From the NCBI RefSeq assembly GCF_004010195.1, contig NC_057719.1, positions 20,366,362 through 20,430,361 on the forward strand: 64,000 nucleotides of DNA, written 5' to 3'. The position numbers and the translations under genes were made by a program. The notes below the pieces were generated by a model. The model was not told the origin of the DNA and made no database searches. It saw only the letters and a program-made list of their open reading frames with translations. The stretch is from Chiloscyllium plagiosum. Lineage: Eukaryota. This document shows positions 36,880-48,849 of this stretch, piece after piece. The first letter of the stretch is position 1, and each line of letters begins with the position of its first letter.

Positions 36880-39510
36880 ACAGGGCAGGAGGATTTGAGC
36901 TATAGGGAAAGGCTGAATAGGCTGGGGTTGTTTTCCTTGGAGCGTTGGAGGCTGAGGGCCAACCTTATTGAGGGGCATGGAAAGGGTGAATTTCCCATGG
37001 CAGAGGACTCCAAAACGAAAAGGCACAGGTTTGAAGTGAGAGAGGAAAGATTTTAAAGGGACCTAAGAGGCAACTTTTGCAAGCAGAGGGTGGTGTGTTA
37101 ATAGAATAAGCTACCAGAGGGAGTGGTGGAGACTGGAACAATTACAACTGTTAAAAGGCATCTGAATTGGTACATGAATTAGGAAGGGTTTAGAAAGAAA
37201 TGGATAAAAAGATAGGTGGAGGGGCAAGTAGTATTGGGGAGGCGGGGAGGCTGCAGAAAGATTTGGATAGGTTAGGAGCAAATAAGTGGCAGATGAAATA
37301 CAACATGAGAAAGTGTGAGGACATGCATTTTGGTAGGTAGAATAGAGGCAGGGACAATTTTCTAAATGAGGAGAGAATTTAGAAATCTGAAGTGCAAAGT
37401 AACTTTGAAGTTCTAGCTCAGATTTCTCTTAAGGTAAACTTGCAAGTTGAGTCAATAGTTTGGAAGGCAAACACAATGGTGTCATACACCTCAAGAGGAC
37501 TAGAATATAAAGCAGCGATGTACTCCGAATGTTTTATAAGGCTCTAGTTAAACCACATTTAGAGTATGAGCAGAAAGTGAGGACTACAGTTGCTAGAGAT
37601 CAGGGTCAAGGGTGTGGTGCTGGAAAAGCACAACAGGTCAGGCAGCATTCAAGGAGCAGGAGAATCAACGTTTCGGGCATAAGCCCTTCATCAGGAATGA
37701 GCCTTGTGTGCCAAGGTGGTAGAAAGTTAAATGGGAGGGGGTTGCCCTGGGGGGAAAGGTAGTTGAGAGTGCAATAGGTAGATGGAGGTAGGAGCAATAG
37801 TGATAGGTCGGTAAGAAGGGTGGAGTGGATGGGTGGAAAGGAAGATGGACAGATAGGACTGGTCATGAGGGCAGTGCCAACTTAAAAGGTTGGATCTGTA
37901 ATAAGGCGGGGTGGGGAAATAAGGAAACTGGTGAAGCCCACATTAATCCTGTGTGGTTCGTGGGTCTCATGGTGGAAGATGAGGTGTTCCTCCTCCAGGC
38001 GTCAGGTGGTTGGAGTTTGGGAATGGAGGAGTCCCAGCATGTCCTTGGCAGAGTGGGAGGGGGAGTTAAAGTGTTTGGCCATGGGACAGTGGGTTGCTTT
38101 GTGTGTGTGTTCAGGAGATGTGCTCTGAAGCATTCTGCAAGTAGGCGTCCTATCTCCCCAATGTAGAGGAGACCACATTGGGAGCAGTGGATACAATAAA
38201 TGACACGTGTGGAAGTGCGGGTAAACTTGATGGATGTGGAAGGCTTTTTTTGGGACCTTTGGACAGAGGTGGGAGGAGACGTGTGGTTGCAGGTTTTAAA
38301 ATTCTTGTGGTGGCAGGAGAAGGGGCCGTGAGAGGAAGGTGGGTAGGTGGGAGGCGTGCACCTGACAAGAGAGTAGTGGAGGGAATGGTCTTTACAGAAT
38401 GCAGATAGGGTTTGGGAGGGAAATATATCTCTGGAAGTGGGGTCCGTTGTAGGTGATGGAAATGGCAGATGATTACACGATGTATGGTGGAGTGGAAGGT
38501 GAGAACCGGGGGTTCTATCCTTGTTGCATTTGGAGGGGTGGGGTTCGAGGGCGGAGGTGCGGGAAATAGATGTGATGCACTGGAGGGCCTCATTGACCAT
38601 GTGGGAGGGGAAATTGTGGTCTTTGAAGAAAGAGGCCACCTGGTATGTTCTGTGGGTGAACTGGTCCTCCTGGGAGCAGGTGCAGCGGAGGCGGAGGGAT
38701 TGGGAATATGGGATAGCGTTTTCACAGGAGGCAGGGTGGGAGGAGGTGTAGTCCAGGTAGTTGTGCGAGTCAGTGGGTTTGTAGAAAATGTCCGTGTTGA
38801 GTCGTACACCGTTGATGGTGATGAAGAGGTCCAGGAAAGGGAAGGAGGTGTCCGAGACGGTCCAGGTATGATGAGCAATTTTGGACCTCATGCATCAGGA
38901 AGGATGTACTGACCCTGGAGTGGGTCCAGGAATGGTTCATGAGAATGATCCCAGGAATGAAAGGCTTAACATATGAGGAATGTTTGAGTATTCTGGGACT
39001 ATACCCAATGGAGTTTAGAAGGATGAGGGGGGATTGAAATGTACAGAATACTGAATGGCCTGGACAGAGTGGACATTAGGAAGAAGTTTCCATTAGCAGG
39101 ACCGACAAGGACCTGAGAGTACAGCCTTAGAGTAAAGGGAAGACCCTTTTGAATGGAGATAAGGAGACATTTCTTCAGTCAGAGAGCAGTGAATCTGTGG
39201 AATTCATTACTATAGAAGGCTGTGGAGGCCAGGTCATTCAGTATATTTAAAACAGTAAAAGATAATTTTTTGATGGCCAAGGGGATCAAAGGTTACGGGG
39301 AATAAGTGAAAAAATGGGGTTGAGAAACCTACCAGCCATGACTGAATGGCAGAGTAGACTTGACGGGCCAAATGGCCTAATTTCTGCCCCTACGTCTTAT
39401 GGCCTTCTGGTCATATGTGCCAAATGCTGGCAAATGGGACTAGATTAATTTAGAACATTAATGGACAAGTTGGACCGAAAGGTCCGTTTCCGTGCTGTAC
39501 AACTCCATGA
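36880..39510 (+). mobile_element. Consecutive CR1 fragments; the older one is split by a PLE
   Basis: EDLSYRERLNRLGLFSLE; FYKALVKPHLEY resumes as gagcaattttggacc at 38873. Confidence 0.85.
37573..38866 (-). mobile_element. Penelope-like element, RT C-terminus plus GIY-YIG plus terminal repeat
   Basis: PFLDLFITING.RLNTDIFYKPTDSHNYLDY and VIYCIHCSQCGLLYIGE; intact hammerhead core at about 37664-37699; atgagca duplicated at the ends. Confidence 0.95.
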
Positions 39511-40395
39511 CTCTGTGACATAAGTGGATTCACAATGTTTTTTTCTGAATGAAGTGTGAAACCATCTGCATTGAAGAATTTGGAAGAGTAATGGCTCCAG
39601 TGTAATGGACAGTAATCAAAAGTGAAGAATTGAATAGTAACATATTGCCAGTTAACAAATGTTGCCCATTGCAGCAAATTATTTTAATCAGTACAGATGA
39701 CTTTTGCTTAGTAATGATGCTGACTAAGTGATAGGTCTCAGTGTTGTCAGTGCATTTCAAGTAACAGGTCTTGTGCATTAGTACGTGCTAAAAGTACAAA
39801 TTTTGAGCTTGTGAATGAGCAGCAATTTCACAAAGCTAAAGGTGGCACAAGAAGTTCAAATCCACTATTTATTATTGTTATTATATCTTCAAAGTCGTGA
39901 TCATATTTTTCCTTTGATAACTTTTTATCTTGAACTTTATATGTGCATATCAAACTTCAGAAACTAGTTAAAGGTATGATCATTATAAATGTCTTATCAG
40001 GGACTTATGCATCCTACTGAACTTAAACATTTGAAAAATGCAATTGTTTGTTTATGCGATGACTTACATTAAGGAGGCTTCAGTACACATGAGCCTTCAA
40101 ATTTGCTTTAATTTTCAAGGCTTGACATTTCAAGTGGATTTAAAAATATAACTTTAATATCTATTCTTGGAGGGCAGGCTCCATTGTTAAGTTAACCATT
40201 AATGACTCAACTCGAATTGTTCTGAAAAGCTGATGGTTGGCTTTCTTGTTGAATTACAGCACTCTGTTTCATGACAGTATTCCCACAACGTTATTTGGTA
40301 GTGGACTTGAGGATTATAAACAAGTGACAATAAAGTAAAGGTCACATCAGGATGGTGTGTGAGGGGAACCGAGAAGAGACTGCATTCTCATACAT

Positions 40396-41496
40396 ACTTC
40401 TGGTTAAGATGGCGGCAGAGTAAGATGCTCCTGCCGGACTTCCTCTGCTCGCCAGTTCCTTTTCCTCTTTCTTTCTGCACTTTCCCTCTTGCTGCTGGTT
40501 TTCATCCACCACCCACCCCCAACTTTTAACTTCTCAGAGTACCTTACCAGGAGGGAATGGAGAACAGAGTCCAAGACCAGCCGATGAGGGAGACAAGTCA
40601 TGGAGACAAGTGGGAGCAGAGCCAGTTCCAAAAGCAAGTCACGGGTCAGAGCTCGGAGCGGGCAGCAGAGCGAGAGTGGGCCGAGCTGGGAGCTGCGCCA
40701 CAGTTGGAGTGGGGAGCAGAGCGAGAGTGGGCCGAGCTGGGAGCTGAGTCACAGCGAGAGCAGGGTGCAGAGCGGGAGTGGGCTGCGCTGGGAGCTGAGT
40801 CACAGCGAGAGTGGGGAGCAGAGCGAGAGTGGGCCAAGCTGGAAGCTGAGTCACAGTCGGAGTGAGAGCAGAGCGAGACCGGGCTGAGCTGGGAGCTGAG
40901 TCACAGCAAGAGCAGGGAGCAGAGCTAGAGTGGGCCAAGCTGGGTGCTGAATCACAGTCGGAGTGAGAGCAGAGCGAGACCAGGCTGAGCTCGGAGCTGA
41001 GTTACAGCGAGAGCAGGGAGCAGAGCGAGAGTGGGCCGAGCAGGGAGCTGAGTTACAGTGAGAGTGGGGAGCAGAACGACAACGGGCTGAGCTGGGAGCT
41101 GAGTTGCAACTGCTGTGGGAGCAGAATGAGCATGAGTTGGCCAGAGGCACCACTCCTGGAGGCGGTTCTGACATGGAGGCCAGCTTGTGGAGGCAACCAG
41201 ACCTCATGTTCTGAAGCCCAGCAGGCACGAACTCTGAGAAAAGGACTAAAGCTTGAGTACTTTAAAGACACTTGTTATTCTCATTCTGGATAGTTTAAAC
41301 TCTGTATTCCCATGCTAGCCTATCTTTTTTTTACTATTTCAATTCTGTAACAACACTTAAAGTGTCTCTACCTAGGTACCCTATACCTAAGATGGTGTCG
41401 AGAGGCGACATTACAAACTTCTCACTCCACTCATTCGAATGCTCCAATAAAAGCTACACAATTCTATTCAATTCAATTCTATTGTATTCTATTCTA
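40396..41496 (+). mobile_element. Non-autonomous LINE-like element (Rex1/L2-type ends) with an internal minisatellite
   Basis: 5' acttctggttAAGATGGCGG; 3' AATAAA followed by an (attct/attca)n tail; no RT coding. Confidence 0.6.
40665..41145 (+). repeat. Minisatellite with a 50-51 bp unit, about 9.5 copies
   Basis: Unit starts at 40665, 40716, 40767, 40818, 40868, 40919, 40969, 41020, 41071 and 41121. Confidence 0.95.
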
Positions 41497-41925
41497 TCCG
41501 TGTATGTGATTTCACATTGGGGAGATGTTGCCAAAGAAGTCTTGCTAAGTTTTTCTTCCCCATTGCGAAAACCCCATGGTTTTGTTTTTCATCCTTTAAA
41601 TCATCTATGTTTCCAATTGAACAATTTAATGTAAACCCCATTAAGGGCAATCTTTGTTAATTTTACTTGATATTCTAAACAGAGTACATTTGAATTCATG
41701 TTGCTAATATGTTTAGTACATTAGCTATTAGATGGACAGGGTGTGAAAGCATGTTGTGAAAGGGAAATCATATCGAACAAACTTAATGTACCTCTTGACG
41801 ATCCAACATGTGTTGTGGATAAAGGGGAAATAGTGATGTTCCCAACTTAAATCTCTGGAAGGCATTTGCTTAGAGTCAAAAAACAAATTTTATTGCAGAA
41901 AATAAAAGCTTAAGATGCATAGGTA

Positions 41926-42925
41926 TGTAAAGATAATATCATTTTATTTTCTGCATTTTTGATTGTGGTTAAAAAAAGAATTATTTAAAACCAAAGAACT
42001 ATTGAATGAATCTAAAAACAATTACTGAGACTCATTGTGTGTGGTGTTTACACAGCTAATTTGTTCGAGCCATGGGAGAAGCTGTTTTTAGATGGCACAG
42101 TACTTGGGTGTGTGTGCTGAGTGAGATTTGGCTGGCAACAAATAGCTGATTAGTTTGTGCACTTGTGACCAGTCATGCATGCTTAAGATCATGAGCTGAA
42201 TTATAAGGCTGTGTTTCCTGGCTAATGAAATAGCTTGTGGGCACATGAAGCACAGTGAGAATCATTCAGACTACTGGAACAGTAAGTAGTTGGTGTATGA
42301 GTCTCTGCATTAGTTTAAATTAAGACATCTGGTCGGCATGGATGAGTTTGATTGAAGGGTCTGTTTTCATGCTGTACAATTCTACAACTCTAAAAACACC
42401 TGAAGCCCCAAGAAGCCAGTATTTTCTCTTGCCAGTTGCCTCAAGCTGTTGCCTTTAACTAGCAGCCAACAGGCTTTGTAGCTAGTGTACCAATTGCTCT
42501 GTGCCTTCTCTGAAAGAATGAAAGGAAGCTTGAGAAAGGACATTGAAGAACAGAAAGTGCTGGCAAGCAAAATGGTCATTCTGTCATTCAGTTAACCCTG
42601 GGAAATTATGCTATTGAACTGTAACCGCCAATTGTTTTCCTTCTATTTATAACAAACTTTCTTTTTGTTTTTTTAATGTTTCTGCCTGTATCTGTGTGGC
42701 TAGAGGTTTTAAAATGGATTATAATTTTAGCTAGTAGGCTTATGTGTTGTTAGATCATAGCTGTTTACTTTTGATTAGAATTTCCTCTTTTGTAATAAAC
42801 AACATTCTTATTAAATTCAGGAACCTAGTCAATATTTCTGTTAACTAGATTACATCAGACAGGTAAATTGGGGGCTTTGTGAATTTTGTGATGACCTCAA
42901 GAGCAGTGGGGCTTGAGAATTCACC
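41926..42925 (+). mobile_element. Possible old LTR with a small HER1 tail at about 42325-42390
   Basis: TG start, AATAAA near 42794 and LTR-like 3' part; termini and TSD not confirmed. Confidence 0.3.
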
Positions 42926-43511
42926 ATTTTCTCAAGTAGGTCAGAACAAACAGTAGAGACTGGTAAGCTAACAGGAAACAGAGTGTAGACACCATTGGGT
43001 AATTTTCAGGTTGGCAAAGTGTAGAGTGAAATGTCACATGGATAAGTGCTGGAATCTCCCCTTTAAAATGGCTGTACAATCCATGGATAAAGAGGGAGGG
43101 AAAAAAAACAGAACTGCTGATGCTGGAAATCTCAAACAAAAGCAGAAAGTGCTGGAAGAAATTCAGCACCTTTCCCTATCTATAACCTATTCTGAAGACG
43201 TTGATTCTGCTTTCTCTCCACAGATGCTGACAGATCTGCTGAATTTCTCCAGCAATTTCTGTTTTAGTAGTGGATAGAGGGAAGTTTTTTTAAAATTCAT
43301 TTGTGAAATGTAGGCAATGCTGTCTGGGCCAGCATGTGGGAATTTCATTGAATGTCAAAGGGAAGGAATTTGACTGGCCTGCAAGTGAGAGATTGTCGTT
43401 GTTTGGCAGCTGTATGTCATTAATGTACCTTGCAATTTATTGTAAACAAGCAGTCTATAGATGAGCCCAATAATATTCCTGCTGCATTTATTACAAACCC
43501 TTTGTTGAACA

Positions 43512-43696
43512 TGATGTGGAGGTGCCGATGTTGGACTGAGGTGGACAAAGTTAAAAATCATGCAACACCAGGTTCTAGTCCAACAGGTTTATTTGGAAGT
43601 ACTAGCTTTTAGAGTGCTGTTCCTTCATCAGGTAGCTGTCCTTCTAAATAAACCTGTTGGCCTATAACCTGGTGTTGCATGATTTTTAAGTTTGTT
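43512..43696. mobile_element. Fold-back third-family PLE remnant
   Basis: Inverted arms aaaatcatgcaacaccagg / cctggtgttgcatgattttt; minus-strand hammerhead tac CTGATGA aggaacagcactct AAAA gcta gta (GAAA mutated). Confidence 0.8.
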
Positions 43697-44649
43697 GATC
43701 ATGAATACAGTGAGGTGGAGGTAATTGTCAAGTTGGTTATGTCCTGCTTTTAAAGGAAAGGATAGAGCTGTGAAATTTTACACATCGTCAGTTATCTGCT
43801 GATGTTGTCATTGATCTGAACATCTCTAGACTTGAGTTATATCTGAAGCATAAGTTTTCAGAACCCCCTATTGGAATATATAAACTTTGGTGTGTTCAAT
43901 GGATACAACTATTTCTTGACATCATGTGGAGTGAACAGATTGAGCTGAAGAATGGTATTTGTGAAAGCTAGGCCCTCAGGAAGACGAATCCAAAAGGGTT
44001 CCTTTACATAGCACTGTTGGCTGAAAGTGGCTGCAATTGCTTCTGTCCTTGTCTTTTTCATTGAAGGTAAGTTACCATTCTTTAAAATGGGTATATTCAT
44101 GAAGCTTATATATCCATGATTACTGACCTTTAAAAGATTGCATCCCCTCTCCATGCCACGGGAATATCTGGTACCAGACACTAGACCAAAACAAATTCAC
44201 CAAGAATGTGTTTATAAAGTCATAAGGTCAAAAAAGAAATATGTTTTCGTATTCATGGATATTCTTATAAGTAATTGGATGTCCTCCCATACTATTATCC
44301 CATGTAAAAAAAAAAGAAAATATTGAACCATCTCTCACTGAATGTATTTTCAAAACATACTTTAGTAACAATATAAAATATAATGATCAGCAGCCTTTAG
44401 TGATGACTATAATCCTTCAGGTATAATTAATAAGGTCTCAGTCAATTCCCACATTTCACGAGGATGGTGTAGAGTTATGTTTACACTATGACCAAAGCAT
44501 TGATGCAAAGCACTTTTACTTTGTATTCCAAAAATCCATTTTCAGTTTGGCCCATGATTCTTAAAATCATGCTACAGTTTTATCTGTGTTGTATAGTAAG
44601 TATAACATGGCTGTTGTTTTAGTATGAGATTTAAAAAAAACCCTGCATA

Positions 44650-45145
44650 CGTTGGGATCCAAGATAGAGAAGCAGGAGGCTGGAAGAACACAACAAACCA
44701 GGCAGCATCAGGAGATGGAGAAGTCAACGTTTCAGGTGTAACCCCTCTTCAGGACTGGGGATGGATGCAAGGGGAGCGACAGACAATAGGTGAGGTTGGG
44801 GTGATGAGGTAGGGATAGATGGATATAGGTAGAGGGTATGACCTGGTTGGTCAATGGGAGGAATGAATCCGGTTGGTGGCTGAAAGGAAGGGTCAATGAA
44901 AGGAATGAAAGGGAGGGGGAGGGTCTGGGAAGGGAGTCGGGGGATGAGAAGGGAGGTTATTTTAAATTGGAGAACTCAATGTTGAATCCTTTGGGTTGGA
45001 GTCTGTCCCGGCGGAAGATAAGGTGTTGTTCCTTCAATTTGCAGTCTGATTCGCTGTGGCAATGGAGGGGGCCAAGGATGGTCATGTCAGAAAGGGAATG
45101 GGAAGGGGATTAAAGTTGGTGTGACTGGGAGGTCAGGTCGGCCCC
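44650..45145 (-). mobile_element. Penelope-like 3' fragment (further subfamily)
   Basis: Minus strand EQHLIFRRDRLQPKGFNIEFSNL; hammerhead at the 3' end. Confidence 0.8.
44722..44756 (-). ncRNA. Minimal hammerhead ribozyme
   Basis: Reverse complement AGTC CTGAAGA G GGGT TAC ACCT GAAAC GTT GACT; stem I is AGTC/GACT. Confidence 0.75.
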
Positions 45146-45617
45146 TATTATAGTGTGACAGCCATTGACATGATACTCAAAACAATGCAGAAAGGAGATT
45201 TGGGTACAAAGAGGAATACGATAGCTCATCACTAATCTTTACAGATATTAAAAATGATTATGAAAGGAGAAACATTCACTTTGTTGAATGGTTCAGATCA
45301 TAATGCAGAATGTTGCTAACATGAACTGAAAACAGATGAAAACACAATATGAAGTAAGCCTCAATGTTGTAATTTGAGGAAAACTAGTTTTCAGCTGGAT
45401 AAATTTTTTAAAATGGATTAATTCAGTTTTCTTGTGAAAAAATGCAGCTTATTCAGTTTGTTTTGCTGCCTGCAGATTTGAGTTTGAACTTTGTCTGTTT
45501 CCAAACTGATCTACAGTCAGCTGGAGTCAATAGACATGTCACTTGCAAGTATTTTAAGAGCTGTGTTTTGCGTAACTCAGCTAATTTATCATGCTTTGGG
45601 CTTAAACATTTTTACAC

Positions 45618-47080
45618 TGAGGGTGGTAAGGACAAGTCAGGGAACTATAGACCAGTGAGCCTGACGTTGGTAGTGGGCAAGTTGTTGGAGGGAATCATAA
45701 GGGACAGAATATATATATATATTTGGAAAGGCAAGGACTGATTGTGCATGGGAAATCATGTCTCACAAACTTGTTTGAATTTTTTGAAGAAGTAACAAAG
45801 AGGATTGATTCGGGGAGAATGGTAGATGTGATCTATATGAACTTCAATAAGGCGTTTGACAAGGTTCCCCATGGGAGACTGGTTAGCAAGGTTAGATCTC
45901 ATGGAATACAGGGAGAGCTAATCATTTGGATACAGAACTGGCTCAAAGATAGAAGACAGAGGGCGGTGGTGGAGGGTTGTTTTTCAGACTGGAGTCCTTT
46001 GACCAGTGGAGTGCCACAAGGATTGGTGTTGGGTCCACTACTTTTCATCATTTATATAAATGATTTGGATGTGAGCATAAGAGGTACAGTTAGTAAGTTT
46101 GTAAATGACACCAAAATTGGAGGTGTAGTGAACAGTGAAGAAGGTTACCTCAGATTACAACGTGATCTTGATCAGATGAGCCAATGGGTTGAGGAATGGC
46201 AGATGGAGTTTAATTTAGATAAATGTGAGGTGCAGCATTTTGGGAAAGCTAATCTTAGCAGGACTTATACACTTTTTGGTAAGGTCCTGGGGAGTGTTGC
46301 TGAACAAAGAGACCTTGGAGTGCAGGTTCATAGCTCCTTGAAAGTGGAGTGACAGGTAGGCATGATAATGAAAAAGGTATGTTTTTCTTTATTGGTCAGA
46401 GCATTGAGTACAGGAGTTGGGAGGTCATGTTGCAGCTGTACAGGACATTGTTACGGCCACTGTTGGAATATTGTGTGCAATTCTGGTCTCCTTCCTATTG
46501 GAAGGATGTTGTGAAACCTGAAAAGATCTAGATTAGATTAGATTAGATTACTTACAGTGTGGAAACAGGCCCTTTGGCCCAACAAGTCCACACCGCCCCG
46601 CCGAAGCGCAACCCACCCATACCCCTACATTTACCCCTTACCTAACACTACGGGCAATTTAGCATGGCCAATTCACCTGANNNAGGCTGAGGGGTGACCT
46701 TATAGAAGTTTACAAAATTATGAGGGGCATGGATAGGATAAATAGACAAAGTCTCTTCTCTGAGGTGGGGAAGTCCAGAACTAGAGGGCATAGGTTTAGG
46801 GTGACAGAGGAAAGATATAACAGACCTAAGGGGCAACGTTTTCACGCAGAGGGTGGTACATGCATGGAATAAGCTGCCAGAGGAAGTGTTGGAGGCTGGT
46901 ACAACTGCAACATTTAAAAGGCATCTGGATGGGTACATGAATAGGAAGGATTTGGTGGGATATGGACCAGGTGCTGGCAGGTAAGACTAGATTGGGTTGG
47001 GATATCCGGTCGGCATGGATAAGTTGGACCAAAGGGTTTGTTTACATGTTGTACATCTCTATGACTCTATGTCTCTATGT
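45618..47080 (+). mobile_element. HER1/CR1 RT to 3' end, interrupted by HE1 and a 3-N gap
   Basis: GNYRPVSLT, SCLTNLFEFFEEVT, GVPQGLVLGPLLF, SKFVNDTKIGG. Confidence 0.95.
46529..46680 (-). mobile_element. Young HE1-like SINE 3' part with (tagat)n tail
   Basis: CpG-rich reverse complement of the 34905-35070 type; runs into NNN. Confidence 0.85.
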
Positions 47081-48489
47081 ATAGAAATTCCAACATTGCA
47101 GCAGTCCATTCAGCCCAACCAGTCTGTCTTGTAGGGGCATAGTCCAAATACCAGGGATCTCATAACTTTCTATATTTGGAATATTAGTCATATAGAATTG
47201 AATTCACTGATTATTTGAGTGAGTATTTTGCATCAGCAAATATTTTGGAGGGTTTGGAGAGATAATCCGAAAGCTAGTGTGCTTCCAATTAAACCTGTTG
47301 GACTATAACCTGGTGTTGTTGTGATTTTTAATTTGGGACTAGATTAGGTTGGGATATCTGGTCGGAATGGGCGAGTTGGACCGAAGGGTTTGTTTCCGTG
47401 CTGTACATCTCTATGACTCTATGACTCTATGATTAGACAATGCCAATGTCAATGTCAAATACTTGTTTGGAAATTGAGAGAAACTTGCAAAAGTTGCACT
47501 TATGGTGCATTATCTACCGCACTGCAGAATGTCCTTGACAAATAAATTAAGAAAGAGAATTTAGAAGTTATTTGCTGCAATGAATTGGCAGGAAGTAACA
47601 TTGAGAGATACAAAAGTAATTTTGTTAGTGGAATATTGATATCTTGAAAACTGAAGAACAAAGTAGTAGACAAGTGACCCTAGGGTCATGCATATAAAAG
47701 GAATCACTTTTCCATAATATTTGCATGCTTGACCTAGCTGACTGCAATAAAATGTATTTTAATAGAAATTAAAATGCTGATTCAGTAGAACTTTAGGTTG
47801 TCAAAGCCAAATTTGAAAGAAAGTTGGATTCATTTATCAAAAAGCATGTAGCACTTGACATTTACTCGAAATTGCCAAGGTCATTGCTTTTCATTATCAT
47901 AAATACAATCATGGTAAACAGTTCCCAACACACCCGGCAAATCCAATATAACAAAAACAAATTTTAACTAATAAATGTGATCTCATCTACCAGCTGCAAA
48001 AATTTGGATTTTTTTATAATTTCCTGTTAACGTCCATTCATAAGATTGGTCCCGTTCACTCTTTACGGCCTTGATTATACCTTAACTTACATTTCGTGGA
48101 ATGTTGCTATTGCTGGCTGGTCCAGTATTTGTCACCCATTGCCTTTGAGAAAGTGGTGGTGAGCTGCATTCTTGAAGTACAACAGTTCAAATAAACTGCA
48201 CAATATAAAAATCTGTAACAATAGTTTCTAATATAGTCTGAAAAATGCATAAATCAATAAAGACATTGATTCTCTCCTGGGCAGTGATGGTGGATCGAGT
48301 TTGGTAACATTCCAATGAAAGTAGACACAGATACTCTTAATAATTTTAGTTTTTTTGCTTTTAGTCCTGTTAATTTCAGAACAGAATCCATTTCTTATCC
48401 CAACCGAAGGTGAATGATACTCTTTTGAATTTTTTTGGAATAGCATCAGCAATTAGCTGCACTTTCCCTTGATCAATTGATTTTGTGTT

Positions 48490-48800
48490 CAAAGTTTCAG
48501 AGACATGAGTATAAACATCGAGGCTGACATTAAGTATTGAGGGAGTGCTGCTGTTGAAGGTGTTGCTATGGATGAACTGTTAAACCAAGATTGTGTATGG
48601 TCTCTAAAATGGATATAAAAATCTCACAACTGCTTAAGAGAGGCAAACTTAACTCTGGTGTTCTGAACAAACATTATCCCTTAATCAATATCTTAAAAAC
48701 AGATTATCTAGTCATTATCACAGAACAACTATTCATAAAGTGGTTGGAGATGTTCTGAGGTTGTGAAAGGCAACATACATGTTCAAATTATTTATTTATT
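48490..48800 (+). mobile_element. DeuSINE (SacSINE1-like)
   Basis: gagggagtgctgc...ggatga...ttaaacc...ggatataaaaatc...acagattatctagtcattatcaca...gaggttgtgaaagg. Confidence 0.7.
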
Positions 48801-48849
48801 TCATTTCCTTTACTGTGACCGAATAGATCAGGAGAGTAGTTAAGAAGAT

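Noticed and set aside
40665..41145. CRISPR-like array
   Set aside because: No unique spacers, and the context is eukaryotic.
40557..41271. Repetitive ORFs (AEREWAELGAESQ...) on both strands
   Set aside because: They are by-products of the 50-51 bp minisatellite; 50-bp units break the frame.
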